In this document: positions 10,501-24,000 of the stretch, one piece after another
Numbering within the stretch: position 1 is the stretch's first letter
Layout of the letters: the number at the start of each line of letters is the position of its first letter
From: Rhina ancylostomus
Lineage: Eukaryota
NCBI GenBank assembly: GCA_030265395.1
Contig: JARFYF010000058.1
Coordinates: 16,879,965 to 16,943,964, forward strand
Length of the DNA stretch: 64,000 nucleotides
Reading direction: 5' to 3'
Position numbers and translations under genes: made by a program
Notes under the pieces: generated by a model
Database searches by the model: none
What the model was told of the DNA's origin: nothing
What the model saw: the letters and a program-made list of their open reading frames with translations, nothing else

Positions 10501-13500
10501 ATGCTGTGGATAAAAACAAAATGCTGCTTTATATTCAGTTCATTGATGAGATAGCTTGACCCAATGCTTGTTTATTTTTCTACCAGGGTTCAATTCTCAG
10601 ACTTATTGCAATCAACCACATTGTAGCGCAGTATATTCTCACTGTACTCGTAGAGAAGGTGGACCTTTCACAACTCATGAAATTGCATGAATAGTTCATT
10701 AGTGCATTTGGAAAGACAATTCCAACACAATGCATGTCTGACTCTTAATTTGGTTACAGAACAGTTTGGTTGGAACAATGATAGCAACAGGCTCTTATTT
10801 AATACACAAGGTGAACACTCTGCCACTGACAGTATTCTGCTTTAATGTGAATTATGTTAAGATCTGCACTAGAATTCCTTATCCAATAAAATCTTTTGTC
10901 TGCATGAATAGCCATCACAGAAATAACTTATTCATATCTTACTATGAATTTATCACGTCAGTACGAGTACCAAAGATAAGCATCACTGAAGTATTTTTTG
11001 AATTACAACCCTTTTAAAAACTTAGGAAGATGTGGAATACATAGTATATATTATTATTTTCTAAGTGAATTATATCCATAACTTGGCTGTGAATAGTGAA
11101 AGTAAATTCTTATTGGAATTCTTGGTATTAGCAACAGTGGTATGCAATCCCCAATAGGCATATCATAGCAAATGATATCTTGGCATTTGCTTTCAAGGAG
11201 TTCTAGCAGATATGATTATTTTCCAAAGTAAACTATATCTACAACTTGGATATGAATATTGAAAGCAAATATTGTCAAATAGTAGATTCACTACCCGTAG
11301 TTGAACAGCTGAAGGCTAAATCTCTGATTTGGTCTAAGATGCAACATACAATTAAATTTATTTGGAAGGCCAACTTTTTGGTAACTGCTTAATCAGTTCA
11401 CATATCAATACATCACAAATCCACTGGATATCATGAATACAATCCCTATGCTTAGCATGTACAGTGAAACCTTCCTGCTGCTTGGAACTATTTCTCAACC
11501 CTGTTCAATGAATGGTACCTTTACATTATAATTAAAAACAAACATGAATCCTAAAAGTATATAACACTGGAAAAAAAATTACAGAAAATGTTGGACGCAC
11601 TTAACATCAGTAGGGAGCAAAACAGAATCAAGGACCCTTCTTCAGGACAAATACATCCAACTCTACCAAGATAACCAACAAAAATATACATAGAAATTAC
11701 TTGGTTCTGTCTTTTAGATTCATTGGTTCTTTACAATAAGCATTGGCAAACATCAACGTTTCAGTTTCAAATATTGTTTGAATTCTCTTATCTCTATGAA
11801 GACACTATTATCACCACCAGATGCTACTGGGAATTGAGTGCTGCACATTTGTTTTGTCTCCTGTTTCTCTCTAAAATATGGTAAACGAACAAAAGGGGAA
11901 ACTAAAACGTTGATGTGTTTAGTGCTCATGATAAGGTAGGATCCAATGAGACTAACCCCTGAGACAAATTAATCTCCATGCATATTTCTGTCAGGCATCT
12001 CAGAAGGGTAGATTATATTTGTGTGGCAAATAGTCATTTTTTTATTTCACATATCAGGTCCTTACAATGTTTTCCCCAACAATGATGGAGCAACAGTGAA
12101 TAATTGAAGAAGTGGTGGGCTTCTTCTACTATTTACGCTTGGCTTTTGTGTGGTCCTGCCAAATAGTGTCAGGGCTCTCAATGCCAATATTTCAATTACT
12201 GTTTAGAGTTAAGTGCCTTGCATTACTTACCACATTTCAAGATGCTATTGACATTGACTAACATTTTTCAAACTGAAACATACAATGAATATGTTGCAAA
12301 CAAATTAATGAACTACTGCAGAATGTTTCACTTGATACTTTGGGAAAGGAGCTTATGGCCCATTAAATACAAGAGACAAACTAGACACAAGAGATTCTGC
12401 AGATTCTGGAATCTGGAGCAACACACACAAAATGCTGGAGGAACTCAGCAGGTCAGGCAGCATCTGTGGAGGGAAATAAACANNNNNNNNNNNNNNNNNN
12501 NNNNNNNNNNNNNNNNNNNNNNNNNNNNNNAATAAACAATTGACGTTTTGGGAAACGTTTTGGGTAGGAGGAGGTGGAGGACCACAAGCTGGCAGGTGAT
12601 AGGTGAGTCCAGGTAAGAGGGGGAAGGTAGGGAATGAAAGGGAATGATGTGAGAAGCTGGGAAGTAATAGGTGGAAGAGGCAAAAGGCTGAAGAAGGGAT
12701 CCGATAGCAGAGGACCTTAGACCATGGATTTAAGGGAAGTAGTTGGGGAACCAGAGGGAGGTGATGGGCAGGTCGTGAGGGTGGGGGAGGGGAAAGAGAT
12801 GTGGTGNNNNNNNNNNGGCGGGGGCGGCAAGGAAAAACAGAGGGGAATGTTAACTTCCGGTAACAAGTTAGAGTAATCCACCTATCACCTCCCAGCTTCT
12901 CATATCATTCCCTTTCATCCCCTCTCCCACCAGCCTGTGCTCCTTCCCGTCCCTTGTATTTTGGCTTCTGCCCTCTTCCTGTCCAGTCCTGTGATGAAGG
13001 GTCTTGACCCAAAACATTGACTGTTTATTTCCCTCGAGAGATGCTTCCTGACCTGCTGAGTTCCTCCAGCATTTTGTGTGCGTTGCTAGAGACAACCTAG
13101 GTGGCTGGACTAAGGATTTTTCATATTCTAATCAATTGTAGAACTCTGAACAACCATTGTTATGCTTACACACATACACCCAGGTTGCAGTTCAGCCTTT
13201 TAATCATGATGGTAATTTTTTTCTTAAATCATGGAGCAATAAATCTAACTTCCACAAAATTTTGTCAAGATCTCTTTCCCCCCTAAATCACTACTTAATC
13301 TCCTGCAGCAAAAAAATCCTTTATAAACACTAAGTAATGACAAGGCTTGACACAAAATCATTATTCTTGATAAGAGTAGTGAGTCATCCTTAGTCACGAT
13401 ACCTGACANNNNNNNNNNNNNNNNNNNNNNNNNNNNNNNNNNNNNNNNNNNNNNNNNNNNNNNNNNNNNNNNNNNNNNNNNNNNNNNNNNNNNNNNNNNN

Positions 13501-16500
13501 NNNNNNNNTACCTGACATTTCAGACAAGTTCCTTCATTTTATAAACGTTTGCTCTCTACACCAGCTTCAAGGTTAAATTATTTGTAAATAGTCCTACAGT
13601 GCATGCAGCGACAAAATGATTGAGCTGAACAGTGCAATCTAAAAGATAAAGGTGGAAAGCTGGAGACAGACAACATCTGTTTATCTGACTGTAGTCTTAC
13701 ATGTTACTCAATACTTCAGTTGTTAAAATGTAAATACCAAAGTGTCATCTAACACAGTCTCTACTGAAGAATATACATCAATCTTAATAAATCAAAAATA
13801 TCTGAAATCCATATCGGTGCACATATTTGAAGAGAGGAACACTGAAAACAATTTTGTTTCAAAGATTTAAATAGGATACACAAAATTGCTCACATAAACT
13901 ATTAGCAATGGTAGTCCATAGAAAATCAAACATTAACTAGCTGAATTTCTGNNNNNNNNNNGAGATATTTTCAGTAAAAATCCCAAAATATGTGCAACGT
14001 GTCCAACCACACAAATCAAACTGCAGAGGAGGAGCAATATACCGCATGAATACTAAAAATCTACCTTTGGATACTGGTTAGCACACCCAAATTTAGCCCA
14101 ATTGAGTAAAGGACCACTATAAGATAAGATTAGTCAGTCTCAATCTAGATTATATTGGACACTATCCCAAAAGAATAAAGCTCATTCCAAAATCAGAAAA
14201 TTTATACTGGTTCAATTGACTTGGAATCAAGTAGTCTGGTGAGCCAGAATGGAGAGTTTTAGTTTTAACTGCTGACATTCTGAATATTTGGAAGGAAGCA
14301 AAGAAACTGAATTACCTATAGTAAACTATTAAAGAACATTAGCTTTTAAATAATTCAGTTTATAAAATTAGTACAGATAAAAATTGAAGCCTATTACAGT
14401 ACAATCCAGAATATTTGCTATTTTTAAAATCTCATGGCTTTCATTAATCTTAATATGACTCTGCAGCTCTAGAATATGAGAGCAAACTCACAACATTTAA
14501 TGGTACAACTTAATTTATGTGAATACTTACAAGGCCAAAACTCAAATTTACTATCTGTAGACTTTAAAGCAACAGCTTATAATAAGGCTAGTTATGATAT
14601 GCTTGGAAATAACTGGTTTACAGATTTAATGGTAGGTACAAGCTATTACCTCAGCATGAATATTGGGTACAGAACCGGTTGTTCCGTTCTCTGCAGGAAT
14701 ATTGTTTGAATTGTTCGGAGAGCTAGGGCCAGACCCAGGAGCACTGTTACAGACTGAGGAAACTGAAACAATCAAAACAAAGAAACTAGCATCAAGGAAA
14801 CAGCAGTTTCATCAGACTCTAGCTAAATGCTCAAGAACAAAAAGCGTAGTTTAACCCCCTTTACTCAATACAAGCAATAGTTAGACATTATTTCAAGGGA
14901 TAATTTGCTGTTTTTCAATGTAAGGTGCAATACCTTGATTGATTCACTAGCCAGGTTTATCCACTTCTGCACTTGACAACTTGGAACTTTCCAACTATTT
15001 ACATTAGTGGATGGAAAATTCCAGGTTGACCAGTAAAGGCAGAAAATTCCATACACAAAATAATAACATAACCGTTTTTACAAGCATATAAGATGCCACA
15101 AATAATTTTCTTTGTTTTATCTAAAATAAGGATTGTATTAAAAAAATGGTACTACAGCAGATATGGCCTCTTTCAAATGTTGTCTTATGGTCAATAATTT
15201 AAAATATTTTCAGAGCATGATATCTAGAGCCTGTCTGAAAACTCCTTTTGTATGAAAAAAACATTGTGGTGAGGCACCTCCATTTACAGGACATTTTTGT
15301 GGAAAATATAGAAACTTTTTCCACAGCCTGTTTAAAACATCAGATGCAATTTTTTTCTTTGTAAAATCCTTAAGTTGGAACTTCCTCATTGCATGGTCAC
15401 TCCTTTCACATTGATTATGGGAAGCAGCTCTGTATTGCTTGCAATGACTCTGCTGAAAAATCTACAGGATTCTTCTCATGATAGACATTAGGGCAACATC
15501 ATAGCAAGGAGTGAGCCTTGCTCAAGGATTGTAACTCTTCCAATAAAATTCACATTTTACAAATAAAAGTCAATGATAATGCTTTTCTCTATAAAAGGCA
15601 GTAAGAACTTAAAAAAAGTTTTTTTCTCTTATAATGAGATATTAAAACCCTAAGTAAGTTGTCTTTGTTAATCATGCATGTTAGTAATTAGTATTCAACT
15701 TTTTAAACAAATGTATCATGGTTGATCTCCATATTAACTGCACCTCAAACATGTGGATCTTAAAATTGAACACTGATCAGTCTTCACTGAACCCACCTAG
15801 GATTTGGGGTGGATTATGGAAGCTTTGTAATATGGAAATCAGAATCAGGTTTATCATCACTGATACATGTCGTGAAATTTGTTGCTTTGCAGCAGCAGTG
15901 CAGTGTGATGCAGAGAATATGACAGTTTTTCCAGCATGTTCCTGCCAGCATATCCCTGATTATAAACATGCCTTTATAGTTGCAAGGTACTCTCTGTACA
16001 TAAAGATATAAAAAGAAGGCTGGTTCAGCAAAGTTGAAATCATTTCTGCCCTGAGGTACTTAACTATTAAAAAAAAATTGCCCTGCTTCCATGGAGTATA
16101 ATTTGACTTTGTGGCAGTTACTTTGTCTTTTTTTAATCCTAGCTCCACTCGATACAATAATGAGAAATCCACCTCTCAGTTGTTGAGAGGCAGAAGATCA
16201 ATGGAAGAATGAAAGTCAGGACTGGTCAAGCACATATATCACTTTGGCAGATGATCAGTGGCTCCAAGGCTCTATTCCAAATGGAGGATATGCTCATATT
16301 CCTGCTGGCAAGAAATAAAACACACATGCCTAACCAATCACTGCACTGGAAACATCTGATTCACTGTACTTCATGTTTCCAGCGGTACAGGTGTTCAGGA
16401 TGGAAAAAGAGTGGGATCAGCCAGCAAAGTGCAATTGTCTAGAGCTCCAAAGATGATCACCATATTTGGAAATAACACAACGTCAACCTGGTAATGACCA

Positions 16501-19500
16501 CAGGGAACTGTCTTTGCCGAATCTGGAACAGTAGAAAGCCAGATGCAGAATTCTGGCATATACTGCAAAGTCACTTACTGTTGATACGTATCACACAACC
16601 TGCACTGGAAATAACAATAAAAGAGAGCTACAGCTTTAATTCTGCCTCAGTTATTTGAAGGATTCTGAAATTCTAATCATCGGGGACTGTAAGGGAGAAA
16701 ATCTTATGGGCAAGTCTTCTCAAAACCACCTCACCCAGTACCACCTCTGTTCAGTGTCCAAATGGGGGAGCCAGATCTGCATTGTTCCACTGGTGGCCTG
16801 AAGTCTCTTAATTATTATTTCTGCCTTCAATTTTGGCATAAGCTACTGATAGATTCACATACCTTTTGATTCTCCATGGGATGTGAAAAACTATATCCTC
16901 TTATTATGCCATTTCTATTATACTGTGCATCCCTTTAAATTTCACCAGGCTCCTATAAACATTCACATCATTAATGCAGTCCTAGCACCTGAATCTGCAC
17001 CTATTGCTGAGAGAAATAAAATTTATAACTTGGTTTATTATTGTCAGATGTACTGTGGTACAGTGAAATGCTGAAAGAATAAGCAGTTGTCATTCTGGTA
17101 CCAGGTCTACAGTTGTGAACAATTTGGAACTAATTTAGATGGCCTGATTGCCCTCAAGTTGTGTTTTATGAATTCATCAAAAATGGAAGCGAATCTACAA
17201 CATTAAGATTACAACCTGAGTATCATCAACATACAGATGCACCAAAATACTCCAGTTTAAGTACCATTAACCAAACAGCACTTTTAAGCACCACCAGATT
17301 ACCTACACGCCCCAGAATCAGAACATTAGATAATCTAGATTTCAATTATTATTAGATTAATAGATTCCAATAAAATGGATACATGTAATTTTTTTTTTAC
17401 CTGTTGCAGACACAGAAAGAATGTGGATTTTCCATCACGTTAAAAATCTTTTATTCAATACCATTTAAAGAATTGATTCTCCATAGTTTGCACAGAACTC
17501 CAGGAATTGAGTATGTGTGTTTCCCAAGGTCCACCAATTTTACACATTTTGGTTAGCTGAGTTATATAGACTAGGAATGTCCAATCTTTGGCTTCATCAC
17601 CTTTGGACTAAGGAGAAATAAATCATCCAGATTTACCACACCTGATCACTAGCTGTGACCCCTTAGAAGAGTGCTTCTACTGACGCAGTCAGCACAACGT
17701 TGGCCCCTATTTATTGTGTATGGATGACACAGTGGTGCAGCAAGCCATGCTGCTGCCTCACAGCTCCAGTGACTGGGATTCAATCCTGACCTGGGATGCT
17801 GTCTGTGTGGAGTTTGCCTGTTCTCCCTATGACCCCAGGGATTTCTCTGGGTGCTCAGGTTTCTTCCTAAGGTATGCTGGTGGGTAGGTTATTGGCTCCT
17901 GCAAATTACCTTTAATGTAGGCTGGTTGTGGGAGAATGATGGGGAGTTAATGGGCATATGAAAAAGAATAGGTTATGCGGAAATAAGAAGACATGAGAAA
18001 CAGCCAGGTGATACTCACAGGTCACACACACATGAATACTGGTTTCACGGGTGAGGTACTTGGAGACCAATTCACACCCATGGAATCTTACAGTTAATTA
18101 ACATTTTAAGATAGCAGGGGAAATATTAGTAAAATTACCAAAGTAATGTGAGCAGCAAATTGAATATACAGAAGCCAAAACTATTTGTTTCATTTCCAGA
18201 TTACACAGTTATAGAATGATGCTCAGCGCATTATGTTGTTTCTGCAACCTTACCTGTAATTTCTATAGCTCTCTTCTTGAATGTGCTAATTATTGTGCCA
18301 TCTTTCCTCCTCAATAATGGGCTGCTTCTCCTTTCAGCCACCTTCTGTTTTAATCTGGAACGCACCTTCAAATTAGGTTCGGAAGCTGTAAATATTATTT
18401 GAACAAAAAAAATTAAGCCTTTGCTTTGTTGATTTTTATCAAGCTTGAACAGCAAATGCTAAATATTTAATATTCATTAAGATAAACAGATGCAGGGAAG
18501 AGGGTTAGTCAATTACTTTTAATGATACCTCCTAACACAGAGTTTCCTCATTCTGTCCTCTCTAAACTTGATGAGAATCTAAACCGTGCTGCAAGTGCCC
18601 TAACTTGGATGAAGTTTCATATTTCACTTACTTGTTGGTCCACACTGCCTACGCTACACCTGTATATTAAAGTTCTCATTCTTGTTTGCAAATTTATCTC
18701 CTGTTTTGTCCTGATCTCTGTAATTGCCTCAGCCCTGACAGTTTCTAAGATAGCTCTATTCTGGGCTCTTGAAATCCTGATTTCAATTATTCCATCAGCT
18801 GTGGAAGCTCCAAACTCCAGGCATTCCTTCTCCAAGTATCTACACCTCTCTTCCTGCCTTAAAGATGATCTCAGAACCTTCCCAATGAGAAAGCTTTTGG
18901 TTATTATGCTTTAACGTATCCTTACACAGCTACTGATGTTTGATAATACTGTTGAAGTACTTTTGGCCAACTTACTAAATTAGAGACACTTGATAAAACA
19001 AAATGCTGATTGGAATGACTGCAGATTAATGCTCCAAAAATACATTGCCATGAGTTATATGTTCTTGTTACTGTTCAACACATATATAAATAAAATGTGG
19101 CTGATTACATTTGATACTTGCTCTATAGTTCCATAAAACAAAGTACCTGTTAAAAACTAATAACCTTTTACTGAAATCAATTACAAATTCACAAGATTGC
19201 AGTCAATTTCAGATACAATTCATTGTTCAAAAATCAAAAACTCGGAAACATGACTTGAAGTACTGACGTGTCATTTTCACTGATGCATTGTTATTCACAC
19301 TGATGCAATACCGAAAACAAAATACAAGAACTACACAAAACAACAGGGCACCACGATGCACATGTGAAAAACCTAATCACTAGTGTCAATGTCATTGTTT
19401 CTCAGCAGTGAATTAGAGAAGTGGGGAAATTTAGACATCATCCTTGTATACATCAAGCAGCCCTAAGTTCCTTTTAATTATAAATCATCTCTTCCTAAAT

Positions 19501-21016
19501 ATGAGAAGCAATTTTAAAACAGTTAATAATTCATGTAGTGCAGTCAAAATAAAATTTTCACATCATTATTTGCTTGCTTAATTAAATAAGACATATCCAT
19601 TTGAGCGTGACTGAAAAAAAGTATACATTTGAAGGTCAAAACCAAATAATAAATGATTGAATTACTGCACTTCGAAAATATTTGCAAGATAGGTATCAAA
19701 ACATGATCTGCACATTTTCACAAATGGTGAATTCCACTGTATGAGGAAAAAAAACTCATTTATACAAATGTATTGGAAGAGTCTATACTTTCTACTCCCC
19801 TTTCAATGATTTTTCCAGCTTTCTGCATATCAAGAAGTATTTCTCAATTGATAAAAGAATAGCAGTGAGGTACTTTTAGCCTTTATTTATACTGCATGCA
19901 TGAAGATTGCAATGGGATTTGTAAAAATAATTTTGATGGACCCATTCTATTCTTTTAAAGAAATTCCTTTCCTCTCTCTACCACTGCTCTCCCAACCCCC
20001 ACCCATCAACCCCATCCCTGAACAGCAAGTTCAGGGTTGGGAACTTTCCTCACATTCACAGCAAACACAGATAGGTGCAGAGTGGATGACTCAACTTGGT
20101 CATCTTCTGAAGCCTTCACTAATATATGGATGCCCATTCTCATCCAATTCCAATCAGTCTATGTGATATCAAGAAATAATAGCGTATAACCATATGGCAA
20201 AGGCTATGGGCTCTGGCAACTTATTGCTTGTTGCTCAGAAGAGTGTTCACAGCAGATATGTTTGCATGACAAACTGGAAAATTGCCTAGGTATACCCTGC
20301 TCACAAAAAGTAGTAAATATTCATCCTGCCAGTTATCACCCAATCAGTCCACTCTCAATCCTCTAAATGATCAAAGGTATTGACAACAGCACTAGTTGAG
20401 TGGCTCCAATAACCAGAAGACTGAAGCTCAGTTTGGGTTCCATAAGGATAACTTACCTTGAGACTTCATTACAAGCTTGGTCTAAATATGAACAAAAGAA
20501 CCGAGTTCCAGGTGAGGCCTTTTCATTTGATTCAATACAGCATTTCACCCAGAGTGACATCAAAGAATACAAGTTAAATTAGAGTTATTGAGAATTGAAA
20601 GGAGAAATCCTTACAGACTAATGGCTAGAGTCAGACTCATAACTATAATCAGGGAAGATAGCTGCAATTGTTAGAAGACATCAGAAGGAGACTGTTTTAT
20701 TTTATACTTCTATGGTCAGTGGTGAAATCAGATGTGCACATCCCCACTTCCCATGAAGAAAAGGTCATTGATGAAGCAGTTAAAGACATTTCAAGCTAGA
20801 ATATTGTCCTGATGTCATATAATATACATAATATAATGCAATTATATTATGTGATATAATATATACACCCTATACATTTTATGTATATTTATGTTTAATG
20901 TATATACATAATTATATTTAATATACAAATATAATTATGTAAATATTATGTAATGATATATAGTGCATTATATATACATACATATAATATACATATATAT
21001 ATATATATATATATAC

Positions 21017-21054
<38 letters not shown>

Positions 21055-24000
21055 ACATAATTACATCGATTTATATATATTATATGAAATCAGGATAATA
21101 TTCTAGCTTGAAATGTCTTTAACTGCTTCATCAATGACCTTTCCTCCATGAGAAGTGGGGATGTCCACATCTGATTTCACCTGACCATACACTTAACTAA
21201 GCATAGCCTTATAAAAATTGATTATGAGCAGATCTCTGCAGATCTCCTGAAGTCTTTCATCATCTCTAAGAGTATGGTGGGCTATTGTCATTTGCTTGAC
21301 TAAGTGCAGCTCTAACAACGCTCAAGCAGCTCCACGTCATCCAGGACAAAGCCAGCCACTTGATTGGCAATCCATCCACTGCCTTAATCATTCTCATCCT
21401 CCAACAATGGCACTAGTAGCTTAGTGTTTATCTATAGGGTACACTGGAGCAACTAACCAGTCCTTGACAACCCAGAAGATGAAAGGCAGGAAGCACTTGA
21501 AAACAACTACACCTTTGTGTACCCTCTTGAGTAATGGACCATCCTGACTTGCAAATATCTTGTATTGCTTTATATAAGTGTGTTAAAATTCTGCAACACT
21601 CCAATATTATGGGAGTACTTTTACCATACCACTTAAGAAAAATAGTTTACGCATCACCATCTCTAAGACACTGGGATCAGAAATAAATGCTGGTCTTTCC
21701 AGAAATGCCCACATCTAGTGAATTGTTGAATAAAAATAAAAAGTGTAGCAATAGAACATGCCATATTGTTTGGCTTTTGGCAAGGAAATTACATATTAAA
21801 TACTGAACATAGAATATTCTTAGGAGAAGGTTAAGCACTCCAGTTGGCTCAATCTATGCAAACCATACAATGTTAGCTGACAACACAGTCCATTAGGACT
21901 ATGGTTTAAACCAACCTGGAATCAAATATTGCTTGACAGGTAAAAGCAGGCCGCAATTATATCTTAAAAATGTATGAATATTCTGCTGTTTTCATTGGCT
22001 ATATTTGGGACATGAAGCATTTATGCAAAATGTTTCCTTGGAATATTATAGAGCTGGGATGCAATTTACAAAAGCATCAGGCTTAATGGGTGAAATGTTT
22101 ATTTTCCATTCAAGCTTGATGTTCCTCAATATAGTTATCCGGTAGTTATAATGCTGAGTAATCAACAACAGAGTTGCAAGTTCTAATCATTCCACAGTAA
22201 AATGTGAAACTAAACAAAAAAACCAGAATTCATAGGTTAGCACTTATCTCTGGGATTATGTGAAAACTTAATTTGCCCTGTAATGTCATTCATGAAAGGG
22301 ATCTGCACCTCTATATCATCTGGGTCTACAGGCAACTCTAGTGCCACACTATTCTCAATGCAGTCACACCTAGGTTTAGGATACATGGCAGTGTTGAAAC
22401 ATTTTAAGTACAAAGGAAAATGTCAGTATTTACGTGGTCTGAGAAGGATGACTTCTCAATGTGAATCAACTGCAAACTGTAGCAACATAAGAATAAAACT
22501 GGGTTCAAAATATTTTCTTGTGTCTGTTGCTGCTTAATTGATGTTGTCAGCATCTGCAAGACCACAATTAATTTTGATTAAACTCACAACAAGAGGCCTA
22601 TATTCTGCTTGGTCCTAATACAATAGAACCAATATCCTGACCACTTGTTTCATGTGGGAGGCTAGTAACATTTTCCCGTTTACACATTATTTAGAGTTTG
22701 AGCATAACCAATAACCAAATGTGAAGGATAAAACAGTTAGTTACATTAACTAGGCTGAAAATATATTTTCATTTGAATACAAACTGTTCAAGTTTTACTG
22801 AACATATATTGGGGCACAATTTGCTTTTTGTAGGTTTACATGGTGCAGAAACTAACCGTATTTGTGATTCATTGAGAGACATTATTTCAATTAATTCATT
22901 TATGGAATGTGAGCACAGCTGGCAAGGCCAATATTTATTCTCCATCTGTGACTGCCTTTCAAAATTCGGTGGTGAGTCGCTTCCTTCAACTATTGTCTTC
23001 TGNNNNNNNNNNTAGTTATAATGAAGTAATAACAACATTTCCATATCAGGATCGTATATAGCTTGAAGGGGAAACCAACAAGCACCTGCTGCCCTTGCCT
23101 TTCTTCGTAATTGAGGTCGTGGGTGTAAGAACTGTTGTCAGAGTAGCCCAGCAGTATGTTTTATAGATAGCACAAATATGGCAGTGTGTTCTGCAAGTGG
23201 AGGGTATGAAATATTAAGTAGAGCAGATGGGGTGATCATCAAGTGGGCTGCTTTGTCCTGTGTGTGATGTTGAGCTCATTTGCTTTTGCAGCCACACTTA
23301 TGCAGACAAGTGGACTATGTNNNNNNNNNNNNNNNNNNNNNNNNNNNNNNNNNNNNNNNNNNNNNNNNNNNNNNNNNNNNNNNNNNNNNNNNNNNNNNNN
23401 NNNNNNNNNNNATGCTTGTAGCACAAGTGCTTATGGGATTAGTTGAGTGGAGATTCTGGTCAATGTTGGCCCTCAGGATGTTGACACCTTGGGACTCAGT
23501 GACAGTCAAGTCATTCAATGTAAAGGATTAGTGGTCAGCCTCTCTCTCTTGCTATGTATCAATAGCTTCACCCTGGATTAACTGGAAGGAAATCTACTCT
23601 ATTTTCCAGTGCGGGGTAAGCCATCAATCTATAGTTTTTAATTTTGATTCCTTAGAATCCCATTTGTGGTAGAATGCAAAACATGGATAGTCACAGTTAC
23701 AGATGCATCACAAGAAGCCTCCCGAAATACGCAGAAAGGTATTTGTATGCAAACTGCAATGCAAATTTCAGGCAAAAAAAATCAATTTTCCTGGTAAAGA
23801 AATACAAATAGGGAAATCATAGTATTATTATTTTATAAGAGTGGCAATATGCACTTTCCAATATTTCAGAAAATGCAGATGCTGGAAATCCGAAGCAAAA
23901 ACAGAAAATCCTGGATGCATTCAGCAGTTCAAGCAGCATCAGTCAGGACAGAAAGAATCGACATTTCAGATTAAGGACTTTGATACTTTGCAGTAATTTT

